From an uncultured Acidimicrobiales bacterium (GTDB lineage Bacteria > Actinomycetota > Acidimicrobiia > Acidimicrobiales > UBA10347), in NCBI GenBank assembly GCA_938015575.1, contig CALLPT010000157.1, positions 1 through 46,143 of the forward strand: DNA of 46,143 bases. Reading direction: 5' to 3'. How positions within the stretch are numbered: the stretch's first letter is position 1; each line of letters begins with the position of its first letter. The notes beneath the pieces were generated by a model that was given only the letters and a program-made list of their open reading frames with translations, did not search any database and was not told where the DNA came from. Below, piece after piece: positions 37,929 to 45,360 of the stretch. A program made the position numbers and the translations under genes.

Positions 37929-40547
37929 AGTTGATCTTTCGTTCGCTGGGACCGCAGAGCAATCGCCACAACGCAGCGTTGGCGGAGCTTGCGGAGCAAA
38001 GGCGTACTCCCCCTTGAGGCGGGTGTCTTCGGGGTCGAAGGCCGAGCCGGTCGTGGCGACGATCGTCGCCGGGAACAGCTCGTTCATGTACATGACCTTG
38101 AACGTGTTACCGATCTCGGCCATCTCGACGGGCAGGTAGCCCAGGCACAGGTACTTGCCGTAGCTCGGGCCGTTGCCGGCCGTCGTAACGACGCTCACGC
38201 GGCCGTGGCTATAGGTGATGCGCTCACCGTCATCGGTGAGGATCGGCGCGTTGCCACCCTGGATGAAGCGCTTGCGGCCCTGGCTGTCGTGGAGGTCCTC
38301 GATCGCCAGGGTGCACATGATTGCGGCGGGGCCGGCCTCGCGTGCGGCCAGGTAGGCCTCTTTGCCGATGAAGTCCGCAGCCTTGACCTTGGGGCGAGCC
38401 AGGCCAGCCTCGACCGGGTTGTACTCGGACTCGAGCTCGGCGCCCATCAGGCGGTAGCCCTTCTCGACGCGACCGCCGACGGCGTAGACGCCGGCACCGG
38501 TCGGACGACAACCGTGATCGGCACCTGCAGCAGCGATTGCATCCCAAACGGCTGGAGCATCGGCCCACGGGATGTAGATCTCCCAGCCCGTGTCACCGAC
38601 GTAGCTGATCCGGAAGATGTCCGTGCTCACGTCGCCACCTGCGGTGGCGATCATCACCGACCGTACGGAGCCGTACGGCGAACCTTCGTGGCTGAGGTCG
38701 GCATCGGTGATCTGACCGAGGATGGCCGGGGCGTTGGGGCCCCACAGGCCGATGGTCACGTAGTCCTCGGTGCGGTTGGTGAAGGTCACCGAACCGTCGC
38801 GGGGCATGTACTTCTTGACCCACGCCTCGTCGCGACCGCCGTCGAAGGCACCGGTGACGACCCGGATGTGATCGTCGCCGAGGCGCAGCATCGTCAGGTC
38901 GGAGTGGAAGCCACCATCGGGGGTCAGCCACGGGGTGTAGGTGCTGGTGCCGACCGGCTTGTCGACCTTGTTGACCGACAGGTACTCGGCGAATTCGACC
39001 GCGCCCGGACCGGTCAGATCAAAGATCTGGAAGGCGGTCAGGTCGATCATGCCGGCGTTCTCACGCAGGTTGAGGTGCTCGGCGTCGATGATCGGGCTCC
39101 ACCAACGGTTGTCCCACTCGACCTCGCGCTCGGCAATGCCGTAGCGCTCTACGAGATCGGCGTTGCTCGCGTACCAGTGCGGACGCTCCCACACGCGGGC
39201 GGTGAAGTACTCGGCGCCGAGGGCGTCGGTCTGTGCCTTGAGGCTGGACTCCTTGAGGCCGCGGCGCGATTCCCACTGCTCGCTCGGGTGGACGATGCCG
39301 TAGGTCTTGATGAAGTGCTCGTCGGCGCGGGCCCAGATGTGCTCGTCGCTCTTCTCGTCGTCGTAGAAGCGGCTGATGTCCGAAGCGTGCGGGTCGATGA
39401 CACGGGGGTAGCCGTAGGTCATCCACTCGGCGACGACCTGGGCCATGCCCGGGCCTTCCTTGACCCAGACGGCGGCGGCCGACCACAGGTTGCGGACGTC
39501 GGGCAGCTCGCCCAAGCACGGCATGGCATCGGGGGTGAGCGACAGCAGACCGTTGATGGCGTACTTGATCTCGGCGTCGCCGAGCATGTCCATCAGCTCG
39601 ATGGCGGTTTCCATCTGCGGATCGAAGTCGTCTTGGGTGAACGGCATCTCGGTCGGGGAGAGGGCGGCCTCTTCGTTCGACGGGATCTCGTCGGGGTGGT
39701 GCAGGATCGCACGGTGGCCGTACGAGCCGACCTCCATCGAGCCGGCCGACTGGCGCTCGTAGCAGAAGGTGTCCATGTCGCGAACGATCGGGTAGCCGAT
39801 TTCGTTGTTGGTCTCGACGAGCACGTCCATCGGGCCGACGTCGGCCATCTGGTGCACGGCGGGGACGAGCGGGATGTAGGTGTCGGCCATGTTGGCGATG
39901 CGGTTCGACCACACGCCGCAGGCGATGACGACGTACTCGGTCTCGATCGTGCCCTTGTCGGTGACGACGGCCTTGATCTGGCTCATGCCCGGGACGGGGT
40001 CGTCTTCGGTGATGAGGTCGAGGACCTCGGTGTTGGCAAAGGTCTGCAGGCCGGCCTTTTCGGCGGCTTCCTTGCGCATGACCGTGCCGGTCTCGAGCGA
40101 GTCGACGACGGAAACGGTCGGGCAATAGAAGCCGCCCATGATGACGTCTTCGTTGATGAAGGGAACGAGTTCCTTGACCTCGGCTGGGGTCAGCATCTTG
40201 GCTTCGACGCCCCACGCCATGGCCGAGGTCATGCGACGCTCGAGCTCGTTCATGCGTTCCTGGGTACGGGCAACTTCGATGCCACCGGAGTCGACCGACA
40301 TGTTCAGGTCGCGGTACTGGTTGGCGCTCTGCACACCGAGCAGGGCCATTTCCTTGTTGTGGTCAACCGGGAAGATGAAGTTCGACGCGTGGCCGGTCGA
40401 ACCACCGGGGTTGGGCAACGGGCCCTTGTCGAGGAGGACGATGTCCTCCCAGCCCAATCGAGCCAGGTGGCCGACGAGGCAGTTGCCGACGATGCCGGCG
40501 CCGATGACGACGACCTTGGCCGACGTTGGGAACGCTGTATCACTCAT
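37158..40547 (-). CDS. GcvT-family FAD/folate-dependent dehydrogenase (dimethylglycine/sarcosine dehydrogenase-like) read through in frame into EtfB
   Basis: VVVIGAGIVG, GSTGHAS, INGLLSLTPD, WERPHW, RISYVGDTGWEIY, RVEKGYR, FIGKEA, FDPEDTRLKG. No stop between about 38010 and the etfB ATG. Confidence 0.85.
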   Translation of the reverse strand: MSDTAFPTSAKVVVIGAGIVGNCLVGHLARLGWEDIVLLDKGPLPNPGGSTGHASNFIFPVDHNKEMALLGVQSANQYRDLNMSVDSGGIEVARTQERMNELERRMTSAMAWGVEAKMLTPAEVKELVPFINEDVIMGGFYCPTVSVVDSLETGTVMRKEAAEKAGLQTFANTEVLDLITEDDPVPGMSQIKAVVTDKGTIETEYVVIACGVWSNRIANMADTYIPLVPAVHQMADVGPMDVLVETNNEIGYPIVRDMDTFCYERQSAGSMEVGSYGHRAILHHPDEIPSNEEAALSPTEMPFTQDDFDPQMETAIELMDMLGDAEIKYAINGLLSLTPDAMPCLGELPDVRNLWSAAAVWVKEGPGMAQVVAEWMTYGYPRVIDPHASDISRFYDDEKSDEHIWARADEHFIKTYGIVHPSEQWESRRGLKESSLKAQTDALGAEYFTARVWERPHWYASNADLVERYGIAEREVEWDNRWWSPIIDAEHLNLRENAGMIDLTAFQIFDLTGPGAVEFAEYLSVNKVDKPVGTSTYTPWLTPDGGFHSDLTMLRLGDDHIRVVTGAFDGGRDEAWVKKYMPRDGSVTFTNRTEDYVTIGLWGPNAPAILGQITDADLSHEGSPYGSVRSVMIATAGGDVSTDIFRISYVGDTGWEIYIPWADAPAVWDAIAAAGADHGCRPTGAGVYAVGGRVEKGYRLMGAELESEYNPVEAGLARPKVKAADFIGKEAYLAAREAGPAAIMCTLAIEDLHDSQGRKRFIQGGNAPILTDDGERITYSHGRVSVVTTAGNGPSYGKYLCLGYLPVEMAEIGNTFKVMYMNELFPATIVATTGSAFDPEDTRLKGEYAFAPQAPPTLRCGDCSAVPANERSTMKILVCVKRVPAPGAKINVTEDGQAVDAAHLGFTTSPHEECALEEAVQISERDGGEVTVLTLGPVEAEEQLRYAASVGAHKIILVPTDGSAWDPQRTATALTEAIQQAEEANGVPFDLVFMGNESADSGGFQVGVRVAHKLGRPIVNGIKGVVPGDGSVTANRAIDGGFEVYEVPTPAVLGILEGINLPRYPTMKGRLASKKAEMNTAEIDAAAGGQGLVTLHRPPEQESNTEILGTDESAAVAIVDLLEEIGVLS
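37946..38010 (+). repeat. Dispersed ~65 bp REP-like element, copy B (forms the GcvT-EtfB linker)
   Basis: ctgggaccgcagagcaatcgccacaacgcagcgttggcggagcttgcggagcaaaggcgtactcc aligns with the reverse complement of 35921-35990. Confidence 0.75.
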
Positions 40548-40608
40548 GCGTGAAGCTCCAGTGTGAAATCCGGTGAGGGTGAAGTTCCGGGTTGATGTTG
40601 TGATCAAC

Positions 40609-40624
40609 GAGTGATATATCACTC
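40609..40624. promoter_or_regulatory. Perfect 16-bp palindrome GAGTGATATATCACTC, putative GntR operator
   Basis: Lies between the divergent gcvT and gntR genes and is self-complementary. Confidence 0.7.
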
Positions 40625-40701
40625 ATGTATCACAGAAGCCTACGACGCGACCTTGCGTCTGAGCAACCCCCAATTTTCGACCGGCGGTCAAAGCACACGA
40701 G

Positions 40702-41352
40702 ATGTCGACATCACTCAGCGAACAGGCCTATTCGCAGCTACGCGAACGCATCGTCCGGTTGGACTACGCGCCCGGTGACGTTCTTCGCGAAGACTCGCTT
40801 CGCGAAGAACTCGGCATTGGTCGCACCCCCATCCGCGAGGCCCTGCAGCGTCTCGAACGCGAGCACTTCGTCAACGTCGTTCCCCGCCAGGGCATCTTCG
40901 TCACCGGCATCGACGTCGACGAGCTGGCCATGCTCTTCGAGACCCGCATGGTGCTCGAGCCGTACGCCGCTCGCCTGGCGGCGCGGCGGGGTGCGCCCGG
41001 TCAATGGGATGCGATGGAAGCCGCGCTTGCGCGCACGGCCGATGCCGCGGATGGCAATGAGCTGCTCGCCATCGACCGCCAATGTCACGAGCTCATGTGG
41101 CAGGCAGCGGGCAACCGGTTCCTGCTCGACACGCTTGACATGTTGTACGCCCAAAGCGACCGGCTGTGGCATCAGTACCTGTCCGATGTCGCTGAGCCCG
41201 CGCATGCCGTCGATGAGCACGTCGGCATCCTCGACGCGCTTCGCAGCGGCAACGCCGATCACGCGGCCAAGCTCGTCGACGAGCACGTGGCCGCGTTCGA
41301 TGCCGAGATCCGCGCCGCGGTGACCGCCCGCCTCACCGCCCCGCTGGGCTGA
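40702..41352 (+). CDS. GntR family transcriptional regulator (FCD effector domain)
   Basis: LSEQAYSQLRERIV, LGIGRTPIREALQRL, ID..CH, GN.FL, EH..ILDAL. Confidence 0.92.
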   Translation: MSTSLSEQAYSQLRERIVRLDYAPGDVLREDSLREELGIGRTPIREALQRLEREHFVNVVPRQGIFVTGIDVDELAMLFETRMVLEPYAARLAARRGAPGQWDAMEAALARTADAADGNELLAIDRQCHELMWQAAGNRFLLDTLDMLYAQSDRLWHQYLSDVAEPAHAVDEHVGILDALRSGNADHAAKLVDEHVAAFDAEIRAAVTARLTAPLG

Positions 41353-41392
41353 TCCGGGTCTCGTCGGCCCCGAGCGGCTTTGCTCGAAAAAT

Positions 41393-41422
41393 GAACGAGC
41401 CCCGCCGTAGCGGGGCTCGTTC
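41393..41422. terminator. Stem-loop, probable bidirectional terminator
   Basis: Perfect 13-bp stem GAACGAGCCCCGC-CGTA-GCGGGGCTCGTTC between the convergent gntR and fasciclin genes. Confidence 0.8.
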
Positions 41423-41437
41423 CTCGTTCCTGAGGAT

Positions 41438-42373
41438 TTAGCGCAGTCGGCGGCGTCCGCTCACGACGAAGCTGGCGCCCAGGGCGAACAGGCCGACCGC
41501 AACCGCAAAGGCAGCTTCGCTGGATGCGCCCGTGACCGCAAGGCCAGCCGAGGCATCGCCGCCTCCGGTTCCTCCGGTGTCGCCTGCGGCAGCGGGCACC
41601 ACCGTCGTGGCGTCGCCGGCGGCGGCATTGATGCCGAAGCCGAAGGGCCCGTCGGTGTCGATGGTGGGAGCGTTGCCGATAGCGCCGGCGAGCGGAAGCC
41701 GCTCGGCTGTCACCGGCTCGTCATCAGTCTCCGGCGCCGGTGTAGGTTCAGGCGTGGGCTCGGGGTCAGCGGCCGGCTCCACGGCGATCGGGAGCATGAC
41801 CCGGCTCACGAAATGCAGGACGCCGTTGCAGACCACCGTGTCCTGGCCGATGATGATCGCGTCGGTCAGGGCCGGAGCGTTGTCGACCAAGGTCGTTCCG
41901 TTGACCGTGATCGTTGCGCCCTGCAAGGTCGTCAACGTGGTGGCTGCGGTGATCTCGTCGGCCATCTGTGCAGTGCCAAGCAGGTGGTAGCGCAGGATCG
42001 CGTCGAGGGTTGGAAGCGGGTCGCCGCCGCCGAGTTCGGTGAGCGCTGCGACGATGGCGCTGAACGCGCCCGCTTCGTCGGAACCGTCGTAGCCCAGGTC
42101 TTGGGCGAGCGCGACGAACGCGGCATCGTTTGGAGCAAACACCGTGAAGTCGCCGTCACCGTCGAGCACGTCGGTCAGCCCGGCAGTTGCGACCGCTTGG
42201 GTGAGCAGTTCGAAGTTCGACGAAGCGCCCGCGATGTCAATGGCGGACTGGGCTCCGTTGACGCTGCATCCTCCTGCTTGCGCCGAAGCTGGGCCCGAAG
42301 CGGCGAAGCCGGCGACGGTGGCCACCAGGGCAATGAGTGCTGCGGTAAAGGCGGCGCGGATGAAACGGTTCAT
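41438..42373 (-). CDS. Secreted fasciclin (FAS1) domain protein with an LAXTG-type cell-wall sorting signal
   Basis: Signal peptide ending ASAQ, FTVFAPNDAAF, ILRYH, NGVLHFVSRVMLP, Pro-rich linker, then LAVTG + TM + RRRLR. Confidence 0.88.
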   Translation of the reverse strand: MNRFIRAAFTAALIALVATVAGFAASGPASAQAGGCSVNGAQSAIDIAGASSNFELLTQAVATAGLTDVLDGDGDFTVFAPNDAAFVALAQDLGYDGSDEAGAFSAIVAALTELGGGDPLPTLDAILRYHLLGTAQMADEITAATTLTTLQGATITVNGTTLVDNAPALTDAIIIGQDTVVCNGVLHFVSRVMLPIAVEPAADPEPTPEPTPAPETDDEPVTAERLPLAGAIGNAPTIDTDGPFGFGINAAAGDATTVVPAAAGDTGGTGGGDASAGLAVTGASSEAAFAVAVGLFALGASFVVSGRRRLR

Positions 42374-42440
42374 TGTCTACTCCCAAACATGAACACTGTG
42401 AACGGCTCACTGTAGACACCTCCCGCGCGGCGCGTGCATC

Positions 42441-42842
42441 TTGGCGAATACGCTTCGGGTCGTGCCCGAGCATCTCTGTCCCTGTGGGCGCGGTGCCGCC
42501 TATGAGAAGTGCTGCGCCAAGGTGCACGAGCACGGCGCCGGTATTGGCGTGACCGCCGAGGACCTGATGCGAGCGCGCTACAGCGCGTACGTGCTCGGCG
42601 CCGCCGCATTCCTGCTGCGCTCCTGGCATCCGGATACGCGTCCGACGACGGTCAGCTTCGATCCAGCGATCGAGTGGCTCGGCCTCGAGGTCGAGCGCAC
42701 CGAGGCCGGCGGTGCCCTTGCGACCGATGGCGTGGTCGAGTTCCGAGCCCGGTTCCGTCGTGGCGATGAGCATCTCGAACTCCACGAAGTGAGCACGTTC
42801 ACGCGACTTGGCGGTGAATGGGTCTACGTGGCCGGACGCTGA
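42441..42842 (+). CDS. ychJ: YchJ family protein (SEC-C motif + NTF2-like)
   Basis: CPCG...Y..CC, TAEDLMRARYSAY, FLLRSWHP.TRP, WLGLEV, GVVEF.A, HEVS.F, W.YV. Start may be GTG 42459/42462. Confidence 0.88.
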   Translation: MANTLRVVPEHLCPCGRGAAYEKCCAKVHEHGAGIGVTAEDLMRARYSAYVLGAAAFLLRSWHPDTRPTTVSFDPAIEWLGLEVERTEAGGALATDGVVEFRARFRRGDEHLELHEVSTFTRLGGEWVYVAGR

Positions 42843-42849
42843 GCGTCGG

Positions 42850-43413
42850 CTAGCCCAAGATGATGTCTTCGCAGCGCTGCAAGCCGACTTCGAGATCGTC
42901 GGCGTTGCGGTAGCGGGCCCAGTTCAACCAGATGCCGTTCGTCAGGGCAATGGCGTCGATGCTGCGACTGCGGACCTCGGCCTTGCTCAGTTCCGGACGT
43001 GCGGCGCCGATCAACCCGCGGAGTGCGTCGGCGTACTCTTCGAAGAAGCGGGCGTCGACTGCGGCAATCGCCGGATCGGTGAGCGCGACGGCCCACAGGC
43101 TGATCCGCAGGCGCAGGTAGTCGCCGTCGAGGAACTCCTCGTCAAAGGAGCTGCGCACGAATGCTCGAACCCGCTCGGCGGGTTCACCGATGTTTTCGAT
43201 CGCCTGTTCCGAGGCCTCGCGCAGTCGAGCGGTGGCTCGTTCGAACGCCGCGACGATCAAGGTTTCCTTGTCGTCGAAGTGGTAGCTGATGAGCCCGAGG
43301 CTGACATCGGCCTCTTCGGCCACCTGTCGCATCGAGGCGCCGCGCACACCATCGCGCACGATGACGGCTTGCACCGCGTCGAGGATTTGCTGTTGGGTTT
43401 GGCCGCCGCTCAT
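42850..43413 (-). CDS. TetR family regulator, BetI-like
   Basis: ILDAV..VI.RDG...ASMRQVAEEADVSLGLISYHFDDKETL, with a C-terminal AL.NGIWL typical of BetI-type C domains. Confidence 0.85.
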   Translation of the reverse strand: MSGGQTQQQILDAVQAVIVRDGVRGASMRQVAEEADVSLGLISYHFDDKETLIVAAFERATARLREASEQAIENIGEPAERVRAFVRSSFDEEFLDGDYLRLRISLWAVALTDPAIAAVDARFFEEYADALRGLIGAARPELSKAEVRSRSIDAIALTNGIWLNWARYRNADDLEVGLQRCEDIILG

Positions 43414-43493
43414 CGCCCTTCGACCGTAGCGGTCGCCCGGCGGCGACGTGCAGCGCAACGGCGCCCAAGCCCACGGACGCCCACTCGCGTGCG

Positions 43494-43511
43494 ACTGGAC
43501 GATCGTTCAGT
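43494..43511. promoter_or_regulatory. Near-perfect palindrome ACTGGACGATCGTTCAGT, putative TetR/BetI operator
   Basis: 18-bp dyad with one mismatched pair. It covers the -35 position of the TAGGCT-N7-ATG promoter of the 43534 gene. Confidence 0.7.
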
Positions 43512-43533
43512 TTCGTGAACTAGGCTGCCAGGC

Positions 43534-44391
43534 ATGCATGCCCTTGATGCTCTCGAGGCGATCGTCGATCTCGATACCTATCCGATCCATCGTCTCGACT
43601 CTTCGGTGCGCAGCGACCTGGTCGCCGAGACTCGCCGCCAGATGGATGCCCTCGGGTGCTGTCGCCTGAGCGACTTCGTTCGGCCCGAAGCCATTGCGCA
43701 GATGTTGGCAGAAGCCAAAGATCTCCACGGCCAGGCCTTTTGGGCCCAACAGACCCACAACCCCTACGCATCGCCGGGCGATCCGGGCCTGCCCGACTCG
43801 CATCCGCGCAATGTCATGCAGCACCGCATGAGCGGCTTCATCAACTCCGACATCCTGCCGGCGACCTCGTTGCTCAACCAGATCTACGACAGCAACGTGA
43901 TGACCCATTTCGTCTGGGATTCGCTCGGAACGGACAAGCCGATCTACCAGTGGGCCGACCCACTCGGACGCAACCCGTATGGCGTCATGGAGACCGACCA
44001 CTACTTCCCCTGGCACTTCGACGGCAACGAGTTCACCGTCTCGATCCTCGTGCAAAAGGCTGAGCAGGGCGGCGTGTTCGAGTACGTGCCCGACATCCGC
44101 CAGCCCAACGATGAGAACTACGAGCGGGTGCAGTACATCCTCGAGGGTGGCCGCGACGGCGTGCACGAACTCGACCTGGTACCGGGCGACCTCCAGCTGT
44201 TCAAGGGCCGCTTCTCGATGCACCGGGTGACCCGCATCGCCGGACCGACGACCCGCTACATCGCGTTGCCGACCTACGTCTATGACCCGTGGCGGATGAA
44301 CCGGCCTCACCACTCCGAGCAGTACTACGGACGAGCGACCGATGCGCATCACGCACGTGCCGCGGCCATGGTCGACGGCCTGGTCGACTGA
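43534..44391 (+). CDS. 2OG-Fe(II) oxygenase (BesD/HalD-like fold with an HxD triad, so a probable hydroxylase)
   Basis: FPWHFDGNEFTVSILVQ.AEQGGVFEYVPDIR, PGDLQLFKGRFSMHRVT, R.IA. Confidence 0.75.
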   Translation: MHALDALEAIVDLDTYPIHRLDSSVRSDLVAETRRQMDALGCCRLSDFVRPEAIAQMLAEAKDLHGQAFWAQQTHNPYASPGDPGLPDSHPRNVMQHRMSGFINSDILPATSLLNQIYDSNVMTHFVWDSLGTDKPIYQWADPLGRNPYGVMETDHYFPWHFDGNEFTVSILVQKAEQGGVFEYVPDIRQPNDENYERVQYILEGGRDGVHELDLVPGDLQLFKGRFSMHRVTRIAGPTTRYIALPTYVYDPWRMNRPHHSEQYYGRATDAHHARAAAMVDGLVD

Positions 44392-44403
44392 CCGGCCACC
44401 CTC

Positions 44404-45294
44404 GTGTCTCGCTCACTCGCCGTCATCGGCCTAGGCAACATCGGTGGAGGCGTCGCCCGCAACCTGGTCGCGGCTGGCCACGAGGTAACGGTCGTCGATC
44501 TCGACCCGGACAAGGTGGGAGCAGTCGTCGCGCTCGGCGCGACCTCGGCGCCCTCGCCCGGCGAGGCTGCCGCGAACGCCGAGGTCATCTTCACCTCGCT
44601 GCCCGGTCCCAAGCAGATCGCGGCGGTCGCCGAAGAGATCGTGCCGGTGATGGCGCCGGGATCGACCTGGGTCGAGCTGTCGACGAACGATCTCGACACG
44701 GCGCGACGTCTGGGTGAACAATGCGCTACGGCCGGTGTCCGCCTGATTGACGCTCCGGTTTCTGGAGGACCCGAGGGTGCCGCCGCTGGCACCCTGTCGA
44801 TTTTCGTGGGCGGTCCCGACGACGCCGTCGCCGACGTGCTGGCGCTGCTTGGTGAGATCGGCTCGAAGGTCGATCATCTCGGGCCGCATGGCGCCGGCAT
44901 CGTTGCCAAGATCGCGCAGGTCACGCTCTGTTACACACAGACCGTCACCCTGATCGAAGCCCTGCTGCTGGGGGTGAAGGGCGGGGTCGCCCCCGACAAG
45001 ATGCTCGACCTGATTCAGAACTCGGCCGGCACCAGCTACTGCGCCACCGCATACGGCCCCGAGATCCTCGCCGGGACCTACGACGCCAGCTTCCCCCTGA
45101 GCCACGCGGCCAAGGACATGCGCCTGGCGATGGAGATGGCCGAGACCATGGGTGTCGAGTTGCCGTTCACCCGCGACGTGGCCGCCCTTTACGCTGAAGC
45201 CGAAGCCACCTTCGGTAGCGACGCAGCCCACTGCCTGGCCGCCCAACTCATCGAACGCAAGAACAACCTCATCCTCCACGAACTCCCCACCTGA
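44404..45294 (+). CDS. NAD(P)-dependent oxidoreductase, 3-hydroxyisobutyrate/6-phosphogluconate dehydrogenase family
   Basis: IGLGNIG, TSLP.P, ELSTN, IDAPVSGGPEGA.AGTL..FVGG, GAG..AK, AKDM.LA. Confidence 0.9.
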   Translation: MSRSLAVIGLGNIGGGVARNLVAAGHEVTVVDLDPDKVGAVVALGATSAPSPGEAAANAEVIFTSLPGPKQIAAVAEEIVPVMAPGSTWVELSTNDLDTARRLGEQCATAGVRLIDAPVSGGPEGAAAGTLSIFVGGPDDAVADVLALLGEIGSKVDHLGPHGAGIVAKIAQVTLCYTQTVTLIEALLLGVKGGVAPDKMLDLIQNSAGTSYCATAYGPEILAGTYDASFPLSHAAKDMRLAMEMAETMGVELPFTRDVAALYAEAEATFGSDAAHCLAAQLIERKNNLILHELPT

Positions 45295-45301
45295 CGAATT
45301 T

Positions 45302-45338
45302 TGGACATTTGCGGCCAGACCGTGGCCGTAGATGTCCA
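45302..45338. other. Intergenic stem-loop TGGACATTTGCGGCCA-GACCG-TGGCCGTAGATGTCCA
   Basis: 16-bp stem with two G.U pairs between co-directional genes. No U tract follows. Confidence 0.55.
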
Positions 45339-45360
45339 CAGATCCTGAAAGGGTCCTGCA

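Noticed and set aside
37989-40553. 854-aa ORF on the + strand
   Set aside because: Antisense shadow of the GcvT-family gene, caused by strong GC3 codon bias; no recognisable motifs.
43534-44391. Possible BesD/HalD-type radical halogenase
   Set aside because: The iron-binding motif is HFD (HxD). Halogenases have Gly or Ala at the carboxylate position, so a hydroxylase or demethylase is more likely.
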